The notes under the pieces are model-generated. The model saw nothing but the letters and a program-made list of their open reading frames with translations. It was not told where the DNA came from and did not search any database. From positions 19,907 to 83,906 of the forward strand of contig JACPQC010000020.1 in the NCBI GenBank assembly GCA_016190695.1: a stretch of 64,000 nucleotides of DNA, written 5' to 3'. This DNA comes from Chloroflexota bacterium. Lineage in GTDB: Bacteria; Chloroflexota; Dehalococcoidia; Dehalococcoidales; RBG-16-60-22. Made by a program: the position numbers and the translations under genes. Shown in pieces: positions 35,417 to 44,782 of the stretch. The stretch's first letter is position 1. Each line of letters starts with the position of its first letter.

Positions 35417-36826
35417 ATGCAAAACATGCTTGTCCTGACAAACCGCCTGGACCCCGAGCGCCACCTGCCGGATATAAAAGAGATCGCCAGGACGCATGAG
35501 ATAGCCAGGACTTACCTGGCGGCAATATCGCCTGATTTCAGCCCCAGGATACGGAGCATTGTGGCCCCGCACCGGCTTGACATGGTAGCCCGGATGAGCC
35601 AGTCCGCAACCGGGGATTATCTCTCCCGCATGGCTGCCTCCCTGCAGGAAGAGGGCATGGACTGCCAGGCCCTTGGCGCAGGCTTGCCGGCCAGGACGCT
35701 GGATGACTTTATCGCAGCCAACAAAATAGGCTTGATCGTAGCCGGCGACGGGCGTTCCGGGTTGTGCCGCTGGTATACCGCCGGTCTCAGCGGCAGGGCC
35801 GCGCAGTTGCTCTCTGACCAGACTTTTGGCGGGGGCAACGCGCCCTCCAGCGGCAGGGCAAGGACCGGTGACAAGAAGATGCTGGTGTTGCTCGATCGCC
35901 TGGATGTCAAGAAGCATTTGCCGCAATTGAAGGACATGGTCAAGGCACACGAAGTGGGCAGTGTGCACCTGGCCCGTATCTCGAATCCAGCGCCGGCAGC
36001 GCCGGCTGCGGCCCAGCTTTCGAGCATAGCCGGCACCCTGGCGACAGAAGGTGTGCTGACGGTCCCAGCCGGGGCGAGCCTGAGCGCCGGCGGAATGGCG
36101 CAATATGTTGAGAACAACCAAATTGATATAATAGTGAGTGGAGACGGTCGTTCAGGTCTGAGTAGCTGGCCGAGGGATGGTCTAAACGGGAGAAACTTAG
36201 CGGCAGTATTCGAAGAGGCGCTGTATGAAGGAGCACCCGTTGAATCTCTCAAGACGGCGATGAACGTGCTGGAAAGGCTGCCTCTTGCCGTCTTGCAATT
36301 CAGCGGGCTGTTCGTTCTCTGGCTTGTTCTTTCCGGGAAATACAAACCGGAATATATTGTCACCGGAATAGCCGCAGCCGCACTGATAACCTATATCAGT
36401 AACCGCGCTTTCCCTGTAGCTGATGCCGGGAGACAGCAATTTCTCCCTGTCCTGTCCCAAATGTGGCGCTTCATGGCCTATTTGCCGAAGCTGTTTATCA
36501 GGATATTGCTGGCCAATTTGCAGGTGGCGTACCTGGTGCTGCACCCCAAAATGCCTATCAGCCCGGCCTTTCTCCGGTTTCAAACGCACCTGCAGAGAAG
36601 TATCGCCCAGGTGCTCCTGGCAAACTCCATTACTTTGACTCCAGGCACGATAACGGTCGATCTGAAGGACGGGGAATACGTCGTTCACGTGCTGGTGCCG
36701 CTATCAGCCTATGAGATTATCACCGGCCAGATGCAGAACAGGGTAGGGGCCATTTTTGGCGAGGAACGAGAAGACCTGCCTCATGAGATCTCGTTGTGCC
36801 TTTCCATCGGTGAACTGGAGCAATGA
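35417..36826 (+). CDS. fusion protein: two USP-like modules plus MrpE/MnhE antiporter subunit
   Basis: ORF 35408..36826. ATG 35417 lies 9 nt after GAGG. USP-like tail motif IGLIVAGDGRSGL / IDIIVSGDGRSGL. C-terminal MnhE hallmarks LWLVLSG and LLANSITLTPGTITVD. Confidence 0.7.
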   Translation: MQNMLVLTNRLDPERHLPDIKEIARTHEIARTYLAAISPDFSPRIRSIVAPHRLDMVARMSQSATGDYLSRMAASLQEEGMDCQALGAGLPARTLDDFIAANKIGLIVAGDGRSGLCRWYTAGLSGRAAQLLSDQTFGGGNAPSSGRARTGDKKMLVLLDRLDVKKHLPQLKDMVKAHEVGSVHLARISNPAPAAPAAAQLSSIAGTLATEGVLTVPAGASLSAGGMAQYVENNQIDIIVSGDGRSGLSSWPRDGLNGRNLAAVFEEALYEGAPVESLKTAMNVLERLPLAVLQFSGLFVLWLVLSGKYKPEYIVTGIAAAALITYISNRAFPVADAGRQQFLPVLSQMWRFMAYLPKLFIRILLANLQVAYLVLHPKMPISPAFLRFQTHLQRSIAQVLLANSITLTPGTITVDLKDGEYVVHVLVPLSAYEIITGQMQNRVGAIFGEEREDLPHEISLCLSIGELEQ

Positions 36827-37092
36827 ACATTCTGATTCTCGTTGCCGCTATTGTTATCGCACTGGCCACGGCCGCGTCTCTCTACCGGCTGGCGGCAGGG
36901 CCGACCGTGTTCGACCGTGTCCTGGTGGCAGGACTTATCGGCACCAATGGCTTCATACTGGTGATATTGATCGGGTTTATCTACGGGCGTATCGAGATGT
37001 TCATTGATATTGCGCTTACCTATGCATTGTTGAACTTCATCGGAATAGTGGTCCTGGGAAAATACTTTGAACGGAACGGCGGGGCGGAATGA
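36823..37092 (+). CDS. Mrp/Mnh antiporter subunit F
   Basis: 89 aa, YRLAAGPTVFDRVLVAGLIGTN. ATGA overlap with the upstream gene. Confidence 0.85.
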   Translation: MNILILVAAIVIALATAASLYRLAAGPTVFDRVLVAGLIGTNGFILVILIGFIYGRIEMFIDIALTYALLNFIGIVVLGKYFERNGGAE

Positions 37093-37460
37093 CTGTGCTG
37101 GCGATCATATTGATATCCGCCGGGGTCCTCTTCCTGGTGGTGAGCTGCATCGGGATAATCCGTTTGCCCGATTTTTACACCCGGATCCACGCGGTAGGCA
37201 AATCGGAGACGCTGGGGGCGATGCTGATACTCGGCGGGCTGGCGATCCATAACGGGCTGGCGATAAGCAGTCTCAAGATTATTGTCGTCCTGGTCTTTGT
37301 GTTGATAGCAAATCCAACGGCGGCCCATCTCCTGGGGCGGGCGGCGCTGCGCTCCCGGTTGGAGCTCTGGACGCGAAGGGGCGAGGAAGAAGCACTGGAG
37401 AGGGAAGCAATCGAGACGGGCAAAGAAGCGGCGGAGAGGGACAATGGTCTGGCAGCTTGA
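37089..37460 (+). CDS. Mrp/Mnh antiporter subunit G
   Basis: 123 aa, GIIRLPDFYTRIHAVGKSETLG. Confidence 0.85.
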   Translation: MTVLAIILISAGVLFLVVSCIGIIRLPDFYTRIHAVGKSETLGAMLILGGLAIHNGLAISSLKIIVVLVFVLIANPTAAHLLGRAALRSRLELWTRRGEEEALEREAIETGKEAAERDNGLAA

Positions 37461-37689
37461 TTTCTGGCTCCTGGCGCTGCTGGTGGTCACGGCAGTGGTC
37501 GCCCTCCAGGTGAGGGACCTGCTTGCTGCGGTGGCAGTGCTAACGGCCTACAGTTTCTTCATGGCCTTGCTCTTCGCTGAAATGGGGGCGGTAGACGTTG
37601 CTCTAACCGAAGCTGCCCTGGGGGCAGGCGTGACCGGCGTGCTATTCGTGGTGGCGATTTTCGTGACCAGAAGGAGGAGCAAGGATTGA
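37444..37689 (+). CDS. DUF4040 / MbhD-like small membrane subunit
   Basis: 81 aa. Motif GAVDVALTEAALGAG matches the APDVALTEAAVG hallmark. Confidence 0.7.
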   Translation: MVWQLDFWLLALLVVTAVVALQVRDLLAAVAVLTAYSFFMALLFAEMGAVDVALTEAALGAGVTGVLFVVAIFVTRRRSKD

Positions 37690-37973
37690 AGTTCCTCGTT
37701 TTCTTCGTTTTAGGCGTTTTCGCGGTATTGATGTTCTATGCCACCACCAGCTTGCCTGACCGGGGTGACCCTGCCGCTCCGGCCAATGTCTATGTTTCGC
37801 CGGACTACATTGAGCGCTCTCTGGAGGATACCGGAACACCCAACCTGGTGACCGCGGTGCTGGCCGATTACCGCGGCTACGATACGCTGGGCGAGACCAT
37901 CGTGATCGTCACCGCCGGCCTGGCCTGCATCATCATCCTGCTGAAGAGAAAAGACTATGATACAAAAACATGA
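37686..37973 (+). CDS. MnhB-related / MbhE-like small membrane subunit
   Basis: 95 aa, NLVTAVLADYRGYDTLGE motif. Confidence 0.7.
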   Translation: MKFLVFFVLGVFAVLMFYATTSLPDRGDPAAPANVYVSPDYIERSLEDTGTPNLVTAVLADYRGYDTLGETIVIVTAGLACIIILLKRKDYDTKT

Positions 37974-38397
37974 AAGCATCGTAATCCAGGTCGTCGCCAG
38001 GGCGCTGGTCCCGCTTATCCTGCTCTTCGGGGTCTATGTCATCGTCTTCGGACATTACGGTCCCGGAGGCGGTTTCCAGGGGGGCGTCATCCTGGCCACC
38101 GGCGTTATCCTCCACCGACTGTGCCTGGGCAGGGACTTCTCTCATAGAACGCTGCCGCCGGGGCTGGCGGGAGGCGCGGCTATTGCTGGACTGCTGCTAT
38201 TCGGCCTGATGGGTATCGTGCCCATGGTCTTCGGAGGGGCATTCCTGGACTATGCCCATCTCCCCCTGCCCGGATACTCGACCGTGGACCTGAGATATCT
38301 CGGCATCGGCATTGTCGAGGTAGCAATAGGACTGGCGGTCATGGGCGCCAGCGTAGTGATATTCGATAGCCTGGCCGGTGGAGACAGCGATGCTTGA
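37957..38397 (+). CDS. Mrp/Mnh antiporter subunit B
   Basis: 146 aa, GHYGPGGGFQGGVILA motif. Confidence 0.8.
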   Translation: MIQKHESIVIQVVARALVPLILLFGVYVIVFGHYGPGGGFQGGVILATGVILHRLCLGRDFSHRTLPPGLAGGAAIAGLLLFGLMGIVPMVFGGAFLDYAHLPLPGYSTVDLRYLGIGIVEVAIGLAVMGASVVIFDSLAGGDSDA

Positions 38398-38758
38398 GAC
38401 ATTTCTGGGGCGTTACGTTTACGCCTTCGTGGTCGCCCTGCTGGCCATCGGCCTTTACGGGATGCTGACCAAGCGTAACCTGGTGAAGAAGCTCATCGGG
38501 ATGACCATATTCCAGACAGCTATATTCCTGTTCTTCATCGAGGGCAGCACCAAGATGGGGGCGACAGTGCCGGTCATCGTTGCTGAGCTTGGCAGCGACC
38601 CGGCCAGGTACGTGAACCCCCTGCCCCACGCGCTCATACTGACGGCCATCGTGGTATCGGTGGCCACCATCGGGGTAGCGCTGGCGCTGGTGCTCAAGAT
38701 TTACCGCACCTACCAGTCCATTGACGAGGACGATATTCTGAAGGAGATGGGCAAGTAA
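38378..38758 (+). CDS. Mrp/Mnh antiporter subunit C (NuoK-like)
   Basis: 126 aa, LAIGLYGMLTKRNLVKKLIGM. The start could be ATG 38390. Confidence 0.8.
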   Translation: METAMLETFLGRYVYAFVVALLAIGLYGMLTKRNLVKKLIGMTIFQTAIFLFFIEGSTKMGATVPVIVAELGSDPARYVNPLPHALILTAIVVSVATIGVALALVLKIYRTYQSIDEDDILKEMGK

Positions 38759-40231
38759 ATGTCCGCCTTACCGGTCATTATAGTGGCTGCGCTGTTCCTG
38801 TCGGCGATGCTATCCGCGCTGGTGGGGATGTGGCGGCGCACCCTGGCATATGTTATCGCCCTGGGAGGGGTGGCTGTTTCGCTGCTGGCCGCCGTTCTCG
38901 GGCTTTTCCGCGTTCTGGATGGGGGCGAATTGCGCCATTACATCGGGGGATGGGAACCGCCCCTGGGAATTGAATATGTGATGGACCCGATATCCGCCTT
39001 CATGACGGTCATCATCACATCGATCGGCCTGCTGCTTCTCATTTATCCGCCTGATGTCGGCCTGTCGCAGTCTCCTCGCCGGGGAGTTCCCCTGTACGGA
39101 CTGGTGCTGCTCCTGCTGGCCGGCCTGGCCGGAGTGGCGATCACCGGCGACCTCTTCAATCTCTTCGTCTTTCTGGAGATTTATGCCCTGGCCAGCTACG
39201 CCCTGGTAACTTTGAGAGGCGGCGCCGCCTACATGGCCACCTTTCGCTATCTCATCCTGGGCACCATCGGGGCAGGTTTCTACCTGCTGGGGGCCGGTTT
39301 CCTCTACTTTTCGACCGGCTCTCTCAACATGGCCGATGTCTCCCGCCTCCTTCCCCCACTATTTGGCACACCGGCGGTGACAGCGGCACTGGCGCTTATT
39401 ATTCTCGGGCTGGGCATAAAGATGGCGCTCTTCCCGCTGCATGTCTGGCTTCCCGATGCCCATACCGAAGCCCCCCCGGTAATGGCGGCATTGCTTGCTT
39501 CGGTGCAGATAGAGGTGTCCGCCTACGCCCTGATACGAATACTGCTCACCGTTTTCCAACCGCAGTACCTGGACGGGCTGATGGTGACACATATCATCGG
39601 CTGGTTTGCCGCCGCCGGCATCGTTGTCTCATCTGTCATGGCTATTGCCCAGAAGGACTTCAAGCGGATGCTGGCCTACAGCACCGTCGGCCAGGTGGCC
39701 TATATCGGGCTGGGCATCAGCCTGGCCAACCCGATGGGTCTCATCGGCGCTCTGCTCCACATATTGAACCACGCCTTTATGAAAAGCTGCCTGTTCCTGG
39801 TCGCCGGGGGCATCCGCCAGCAGACCGGGTTTACCGACATGACACGGTTTGCCGGGCTGGGACGGCGGATGCCGCTGACCATGACCGCTTTTACCGTGGC
39901 CGCCCTGTCTATGGTGGGCATTCCCCCCACCGCCGGCTTTTTCAGCAAGTGGTACCTGGCCCTGGGCAGCCTTGACGCCGGCAACTGGGGATTCATCGCC
40001 GTCATACTGTTGAGCAGCCTGCTGAACGCCGTCTACTTCTTTCGCATAATAGAGAAGGTCTGGGCTACGTCAGCCAGGAGCGACTCACCGGTGGAAACGG
40101 CCAGAGAGCCTTCCCGGAGGATAACCGCCCCTATTGCCCTTCTCGCCCTGGGCGTCCTGGCGCTGGGACTGATAAATGCGGTCATAGTGACCCGGGTGCT
40201 CGGGCCGGCCGTGGCCCAGCTTATGGGATGA
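38759..40231 (+). CDS. MrpD/NuoN-like proton-conducting antiporter subunit (copy 1)
   Basis: 490 aa, about 14 TM helices. WLPDAHTEAPPVMAALLA motif. Confidence 0.85.
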   Translation: MSALPVIIVAALFLSAMLSALVGMWRRTLAYVIALGGVAVSLLAAVLGLFRVLDGGELRHYIGGWEPPLGIEYVMDPISAFMTVIITSIGLLLLIYPPDVGLSQSPRRGVPLYGLVLLLLAGLAGVAITGDLFNLFVFLEIYALASYALVTLRGGAAYMATFRYLILGTIGAGFYLLGAGFLYFSTGSLNMADVSRLLPPLFGTPAVTAALALIILGLGIKMALFPLHVWLPDAHTEAPPVMAALLASVQIEVSAYALIRILLTVFQPQYLDGLMVTHIIGWFAAAGIVVSSVMAIAQKDFKRMLAYSTVGQVAYIGLGISLANPMGLIGALLHILNHAFMKSCLFLVAGGIRQQTGFTDMTRFAGLGRRMPLTMTAFTVAALSMVGIPPTAGFFSKWYLALGSLDAGNWGFIAVILLSSLLNAVYFFRIIEKVWATSARSDSPVETAREPSRRITAPIALLALGVLALGLINAVIVTRVLGPAVAQLMG

Positions 40232-41734
40232 TTGTGGCCTGATACGATGGAAACTTATTTTTCGGCAATGCCACTAATAGCGGTTCTGGTATCCCTGGTG
40301 GCCGCCCTGCTCATCACGCTATCGGGGAGAAGGCCTAATCTGCGCGAAACCTGGACGGTGATGGCGGCGCTGGCCAAGTTCGCCATCGTGCTGGCCATGT
40401 TGCCCGGTGTTCTGGCTGGCAAAGTCCCGGAGATGACCCTGTTCACCATATCCCCCAGTGTTTCTTTGGCATTGAGGGTGGATTCGGCGGGGCTTATCTT
40501 CGGGCTGCTCGCTTCGCTGCTCTGGATATTTACCTCGTTCTACTCCATCGGCTACGTGCGCAGCCTGTCCGAGCACAAGCAGACCAGGTATTTCGCCAGC
40601 TTTGCCGTCTGTCTTTCGGCCACCATCGGCATCGCCTTTTCCGCCAACCTGCTGACCTTCTTCATATTTTACGAGATCCTGACCATAGCCACCTATCCGC
40701 TGGTAATCCACAAGGAAACGCCAACGGCCATTGCCGCCGGGCGCAAGTACCTGGCATACCTGCTCACCAGTGGCGCGGTTCTGCTCCTGGCCGTGGTGAT
40801 GACCCACTGGCTTGCTGATTCGCTCACCTTCATACCAGGTGGCTTTTTGTCGGCGGAGATGGGGGAAGGGGGACTGTTGCTGCTCTTCATCCTCTTCCTG
40901 ATCGGCTTCGGGGCGAAAGCAGGCGTTATGCCGCTCCATAGCTGGCTGCCCACGGCGATGGCGGCCCCCACCCCGGTGAGCGCCCTGCTCCACGCCGTCG
41001 CCGTGGTGAAGGCAGGGGCATTCGGCTTCATCCGGGTCTCAGGTTTCGTTTTCAGTCCACAGCTTCTCCAGGAGATAGGCGCGGCTAATTTGACTGCGCT
41101 GATTGCCGGCGTTACCATCCTCCTTGCTTCGCTGATGGCGCTGCGCCAGGACAATCTCAAAAGACGCCTGGCTTACTCTACCATCGGGCATCTCTCCTAT
41201 ATTGTGCTCGGCCTGGTGCTGCTGGCGCCTGGTGCGCTGGAGGGGGGCATCTTCCACGTAGTTACTCACGCCGTGATGAAGATCACCCTCTTTTTCGGGG
41301 CGGGGGCGATATACGTCAGGACGCACCTGGAGAACGTCAGCCAGCTTGACGGCATCGGGCGGCAGATGCCCATCACCATGGGGGCTTTTGCCCTGGCGGC
41401 AATGGGGCTTGCCGGTATTCCTCCCCTTAGCGGCTTTGTCAGCAAATGGTACCTGGCGCAGGGGACGCTGGAGGCGGGATACCCGGTATTGCTGGGACTC
41501 CTTCTGCTGAGCGGCCTGCTCAATGCGGGTTACCTTTTCCCGGTGGTTACCCGCGCCTTCTTCGGTCGCTCGGACAACTTCACAAAGTTCAGCGAGGCCC
41601 CCCTGTTCATGGTCGTCCCGCTGGCCTTTACCGCCGCGCTTTCGTTGTTCCTGGGCATCATGCCCGACGGCATTTTCCACTTCTTTGAACTTGTCTCAGA
41701 CGTGACCTCGAAAGTACTTGGAGGTGGGGGATGA
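40232..41734 (+). CDS. MrpD/NuoM-like proton-conducting antiporter subunit (copy 2)
   Basis: 500 aa. HSWLPTAMAAPTPVSALLHA motif. The start may be ATG 40247. Confidence 0.85.
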   Translation: MWPDTMETYFSAMPLIAVLVSLVAALLITLSGRRPNLRETWTVMAALAKFAIVLAMLPGVLAGKVPEMTLFTISPSVSLALRVDSAGLIFGLLASLLWIFTSFYSIGYVRSLSEHKQTRYFASFAVCLSATIGIAFSANLLTFFIFYEILTIATYPLVIHKETPTAIAAGRKYLAYLLTSGAVLLLAVVMTHWLADSLTFIPGGFLSAEMGEGGLLLLFILFLIGFGAKAGVMPLHSWLPTAMAAPTPVSALLHAVAVVKAGAFGFIRVSGFVFSPQLLQEIGAANLTALIAGVTILLASLMALRQDNLKRRLAYSTIGHLSYIVLGLVLLAPGALEGGIFHVVTHAVMKITLFFGAGAIYVRTHLENVSQLDGIGRQMPITMGAFALAAMGLAGIPPLSGFVSKWYLAQGTLEAGYPVLLGLLLLSGLLNAGYLFPVVTRAFFGRSDNFTKFSEAPLFMVVPLAFTAALSLFLGIMPDGIFHFFELVSDVTSKVLGGGG

Positions 41735-41955
41735 GGCGTTACTGGCCGTTCATCGCCGCATTCATTCTCTTTGCGCTGGGCGACTTCCTGATATACAGCG
41801 ACGGGACGGATGCCTGGTGGCAGTATGTCCCCGGTTTCTTCGCCGTCTTCGGGCTGGTGTTCTGCGTGGTCATCGTCATCGCCTCCAAGTTCCTGGGCCA
41901 TCTCTGGCTGCAGCGAAGAGAGGACTATTACGACAGGGATGACAATAATGGTTAA
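41731..41955 (+). CDS. small two-TM membrane protein embedded in the mrp-like operon
   Basis: 74 aa. 4-nt overlap upstream and 8-nt overlap downstream. Acidic C-tail. No family recognised. Confidence 0.45.
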   Translation: MRRYWPFIAAFILFALGDFLIYSDGTDAWWQYVPGFFAVFGLVFCVVIVIASKFLGHLWLQRREDYYDRDDNNG

Positions 41956-43702
41956 CCTTCCGCCGGCGTTCATTTTCATAGCAGGGGCGATTGTCCTGTT
42001 GCTGCTGCCCCGCCGGGCGCGGGCGACATGGTTCCTGGTTGTTCCCGTCCTGGCTTTCGTGCTTCTGCTTCGCACCGGGACAGGCTCAATCCCGTTGGTC
42101 CCCTTCCTTGAATATGAACTGGTCTACCGGGTTGACCGTCTGAGCCTGGCCTTTGGCTATATATTTATCATCATGACTTTCCTGGGGGGCGTCTACGGGC
42201 TGCATCTGAAGGACGCCGGGCAGCAGGCGGCCTCCCTGGTCTACGCGGGCAGCGCGCTGGGCGTGGTCTTCGCCGGGGACCTGGTCACGCTGTTCATCTT
42301 CTGGGAGATAATGGCGATGTCCTCGGTCTGGCTGATACTGGCGCGGCGCACAGCGCAGTCGGCCCGGGCGGGGATGCGCTACATGCTTGTCCACCTGTTC
42401 GGCGGAAGCCTGCTTCTGGCCGGTATCCTCTGGCACGTGACCGTGACCGGCTCGACGGCGTTTAACTTTATGGAGGGCGGGGCGGCGGCCTATCTCATAC
42501 TGGCTGGCTTCGCCATTAATGCGGCTATCCCGCCGCTTCACGCCTGGCTTCCCGACGCTTACCCCGAAGCCACTGTCACCGGCAGCGTCTTCCTGAGCGC
42601 CTTCACCACCAAGACCGCGGTCTACGTTCTGGCCAGAAGTTTTGCCGGCTGGGAAATCCTGATATGGGCCGGGGTCATCATGGCCCTGTACGGTGTTATC
42701 TTCGCCGTCCTGGAGAACGACATCCGCCGCCTGCTCGCTTATCACATTGTCAGCCAGGTAGGCTACATGGTCGCTGCTGTGGGCATAGGCGGGGAAACGG
42801 CCATCAACGGCGCCACGGCCCACGCCTTCGCCCATATCCTGTACAAGGGGCTGCTGTTCATGGGCGCCGGCGCCGTGCTGTACGCCACCGGCAAGAGCAA
42901 GCTGACCGAGCTTGGCGGGCTGGCGCGGGCAATGCCGCTAATATTCGGGCTGTATATGATCGGGGCCTTCTCCATTTCAGGGGTGCCCCTTTTCAGCGGG
43001 TTCGTCAGCAAGTCGATGGTCATCTATGCGGCGGAACTGAAGCACCTGGAAGTGGCGGCGATGCTCCTGTACGTGGCGTCGGTGGGGACTTTCCTCCATA
43101 CCGGGCTGAAGCTGCCTTATTTTACCTGGCTGGGCCCTGGCCGTTCGCTGAAGCCAACCCCCATCCCACCGGGGATGTACGCCGGCATGGCCCTGACCGC
43201 CGCTCTATCGGTGGCCATCGGGGTGTACCCGGCGCTGCTCTATAACCTGTTGCCCTTCCCGGTCAGCTACGCACCGTACACCGTTCCCCACGTGGTCAGC
43301 GCCCTGCAGCTTCTGGCCTTTACCGGGCTGGGATTCTGGCTGCTCATCAAGAAGCTGGGCGGAGAGGCTACGGTCACCCTGGACACCGACTGGTTTTACC
43401 GGAGACCCTCCCGGCTGGCTTACCAGCTCTGCGTTGTTTCTTTGAGCCGGTCATTTGGAGCCGTAGAAGCCGGAAGCGCCCGGCTGGTACAGGAACTGGT
43501 CGTCTTTGGCGCAAATCCGCAGGGATACCTTCTCAATGCCGCCGGCTCCCTCAAGCGGGGGCTGCTGGGTGGCGGAGAAGCCGCAGACGAGCCGGCCCAC
43601 TTCGACCCTAACCGATATCGCTCTCCGTTAGCTATTCTCATTCTAATCGTCCTGCTCTCTTCGGTCATCATAATCGCCTGGAACTTTCTGGCCTCCACCT
43701 AG
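41948..43702 (+). CDS. MrpA/NuoL-like antiporter subunit (copy 3) with C-terminal extension
   Basis: ORF 41810..43702, start moved to ATG 41948 (MVNLPPAFIFIAG). HAWLPDAYPEATVTGSVFLSA motif. About 100-aa tail ending in one extra TM helix. Confidence 0.8.
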   Translation: MVNLPPAFIFIAGAIVLLLLPRRARATWFLVVPVLAFVLLLRTGTGSIPLVPFLEYELVYRVDRLSLAFGYIFIIMTFLGGVYGLHLKDAGQQAASLVYAGSALGVVFAGDLVTLFIFWEIMAMSSVWLILARRTAQSARAGMRYMLVHLFGGSLLLAGILWHVTVTGSTAFNFMEGGAAAYLILAGFAINAAIPPLHAWLPDAYPEATVTGSVFLSAFTTKTAVYVLARSFAGWEILIWAGVIMALYGVIFAVLENDIRRLLAYHIVSQVGYMVAAVGIGGETAINGATAHAFAHILYKGLLFMGAGAVLYATGKSKLTELGGLARAMPLIFGLYMIGAFSISGVPLFSGFVSKSMVIYAAELKHLEVAAMLLYVASVGTFLHTGLKLPYFTWLGPGRSLKPTPIPPGMYAGMALTAALSVAIGVYPALLYNLLPFPVSYAPYTVPHVVSALQLLAFTGLGFWLLIKKLGGEATVTLDTDWFYRRPSRLAYQLCVVSLSRSFGAVEAGSARLVQELVVFGANPQGYLLNAAGSLKRGLLGGGEAADEPAHFDPNRYRSPLAILILIVLLSSVIIIAWNFLAST

Positions 43703-43949
43703 TGACGTTGGCTACGGGGGTCCAGGTCTGAGCCAGGCTACCTTTACGGAATCTCCTGAAGAAGCTAGACGGCACGACCCAGTTGAGCATAATAAGTTTG
43801 AGAGTGGAAGAGCAAAGCTTCTAACAGGCTCTGGTTTTTGGGGAGAACGGGTGACGAACGCACGCTTCTAGCGAAGATAAAATGCATACAGGAGAAGCGC
43901 GCCTCTGTATCGTGGTGGGAGTTTGGCAGCGACACAATATTTCCTGCGT

Positions 43950-44396
43950 CTATCCGTACTTTGCTAACCACTCTATGCGGATGTCACAATCGGGCTTAAT
44001 CTTGCTGAACTCGGGGTCTCCCGTGACCAGAGTTGCGTCTTTCAATTGTGAAAGGGCGGCGGCAAAGCAGTGAGCATAAGCTATGGGGCAATCCATCTTA
44101 AGGTGGGCTGCTGCCAGCGTCAGGGGCCGGTCCGCATTCACAATTTCGATAGGTAACTCGTCAATCCGGGCCAGGGTCTCATGGGCTTTGGGGAGACCCC
44201 TCTCGCGCTCTACTATATACATAACCTCACCCATGTTGACCACGCACATATAAAGGTGACAGTCCTTCCCCTTCGCAGCTTCAAGAAGCTCCCTGACACG
44301 GTCACTTCCAGGTTCCGCCTCCAGATAGGCAAGAAGAGCATAGCTATCAAGAACGTATTCACCGGATTGAGGCAAGCTATTTGCCGCGTGCTGCAT
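43950..44396 (-). CDS. vapC: PIN-domain toxin (VapC-like)
   Basis: 148 aa. N-terminal YVLDSYALLAYL acidic motif and a C-terminal VTGDPEF-type motif. Overlaps the upstream antitoxin gene by 20 nt. Confidence 0.75.
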   Translation of the reverse strand: MQHAANSLPQSGEYVLDSYALLAYLEAEPGSDRVRELLEAAKGKDCHLYMCVVNMGEVMYIVERERGLPKAHETLARIDELPIEIVNADRPLTLAAAHLKMDCPIAYAHCFAAALSQLKDATLVTGDPEFSKIKPDCDIRIEWLAKYG

Positions 44397-44613
44397 CCTG
44401 CCGCCTTGATCCTGCCAGCTCTTTGACCAGGGACGTCTTCCCTTTCAACAAACCTTGCGATTCTTTGATTGGAGTCTCAACCGCCGGTACGATAGAGATG
44501 ACACCACCATAGTCAATGACGTGTACTCTATCGCCTTTCTTAAGCCCATAGCGCCTGCGCAGCTCCTGGGGTATCACGACCCATCCCTTTCCTGAAAGCG
44601 TTGACGTATTCAT
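44377..44613 (-). CDS. AbrB/SpoVT/MazE-fold antitoxin
   Basis: 78 aa, GKGWVVIPQELRRRYGLKKGDRVHVI swapped-hairpin motif. Confidence 0.75.
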   Translation of the reverse strand: MNTSTLSGKGWVVIPQELRRRYGLKKGDRVHVIDYGGVISIVPAVETPIKESQGLLKGKTSLVKELAGSRRQDAARGK

Positions 44614-44782
44614 CGCATCCCCCTGGTATACTTTTCTATATAACAGTATATACCGTATCGAAGAAAATATCTACAAAGCAACGCGGTCCGCTACTGTTCC
44701 TGTTAACCTCGCCCGAGGAGAGGCCCCTCAGTGGTAGATTTTATGGACGCAGGCTGGCATTGGCTACCCCCTCATATTTCCC

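Noticed and set aside
38377-38385. GGTGGAGAC, a 9-nt match to the ssrA 3' end, considered as a possible distal att repeat of the ssrA island
   Set aside because: It is too short to be significant, lies inside the mrpB/mrpC coding overlap, and would imply an island containing the core mrp operon.
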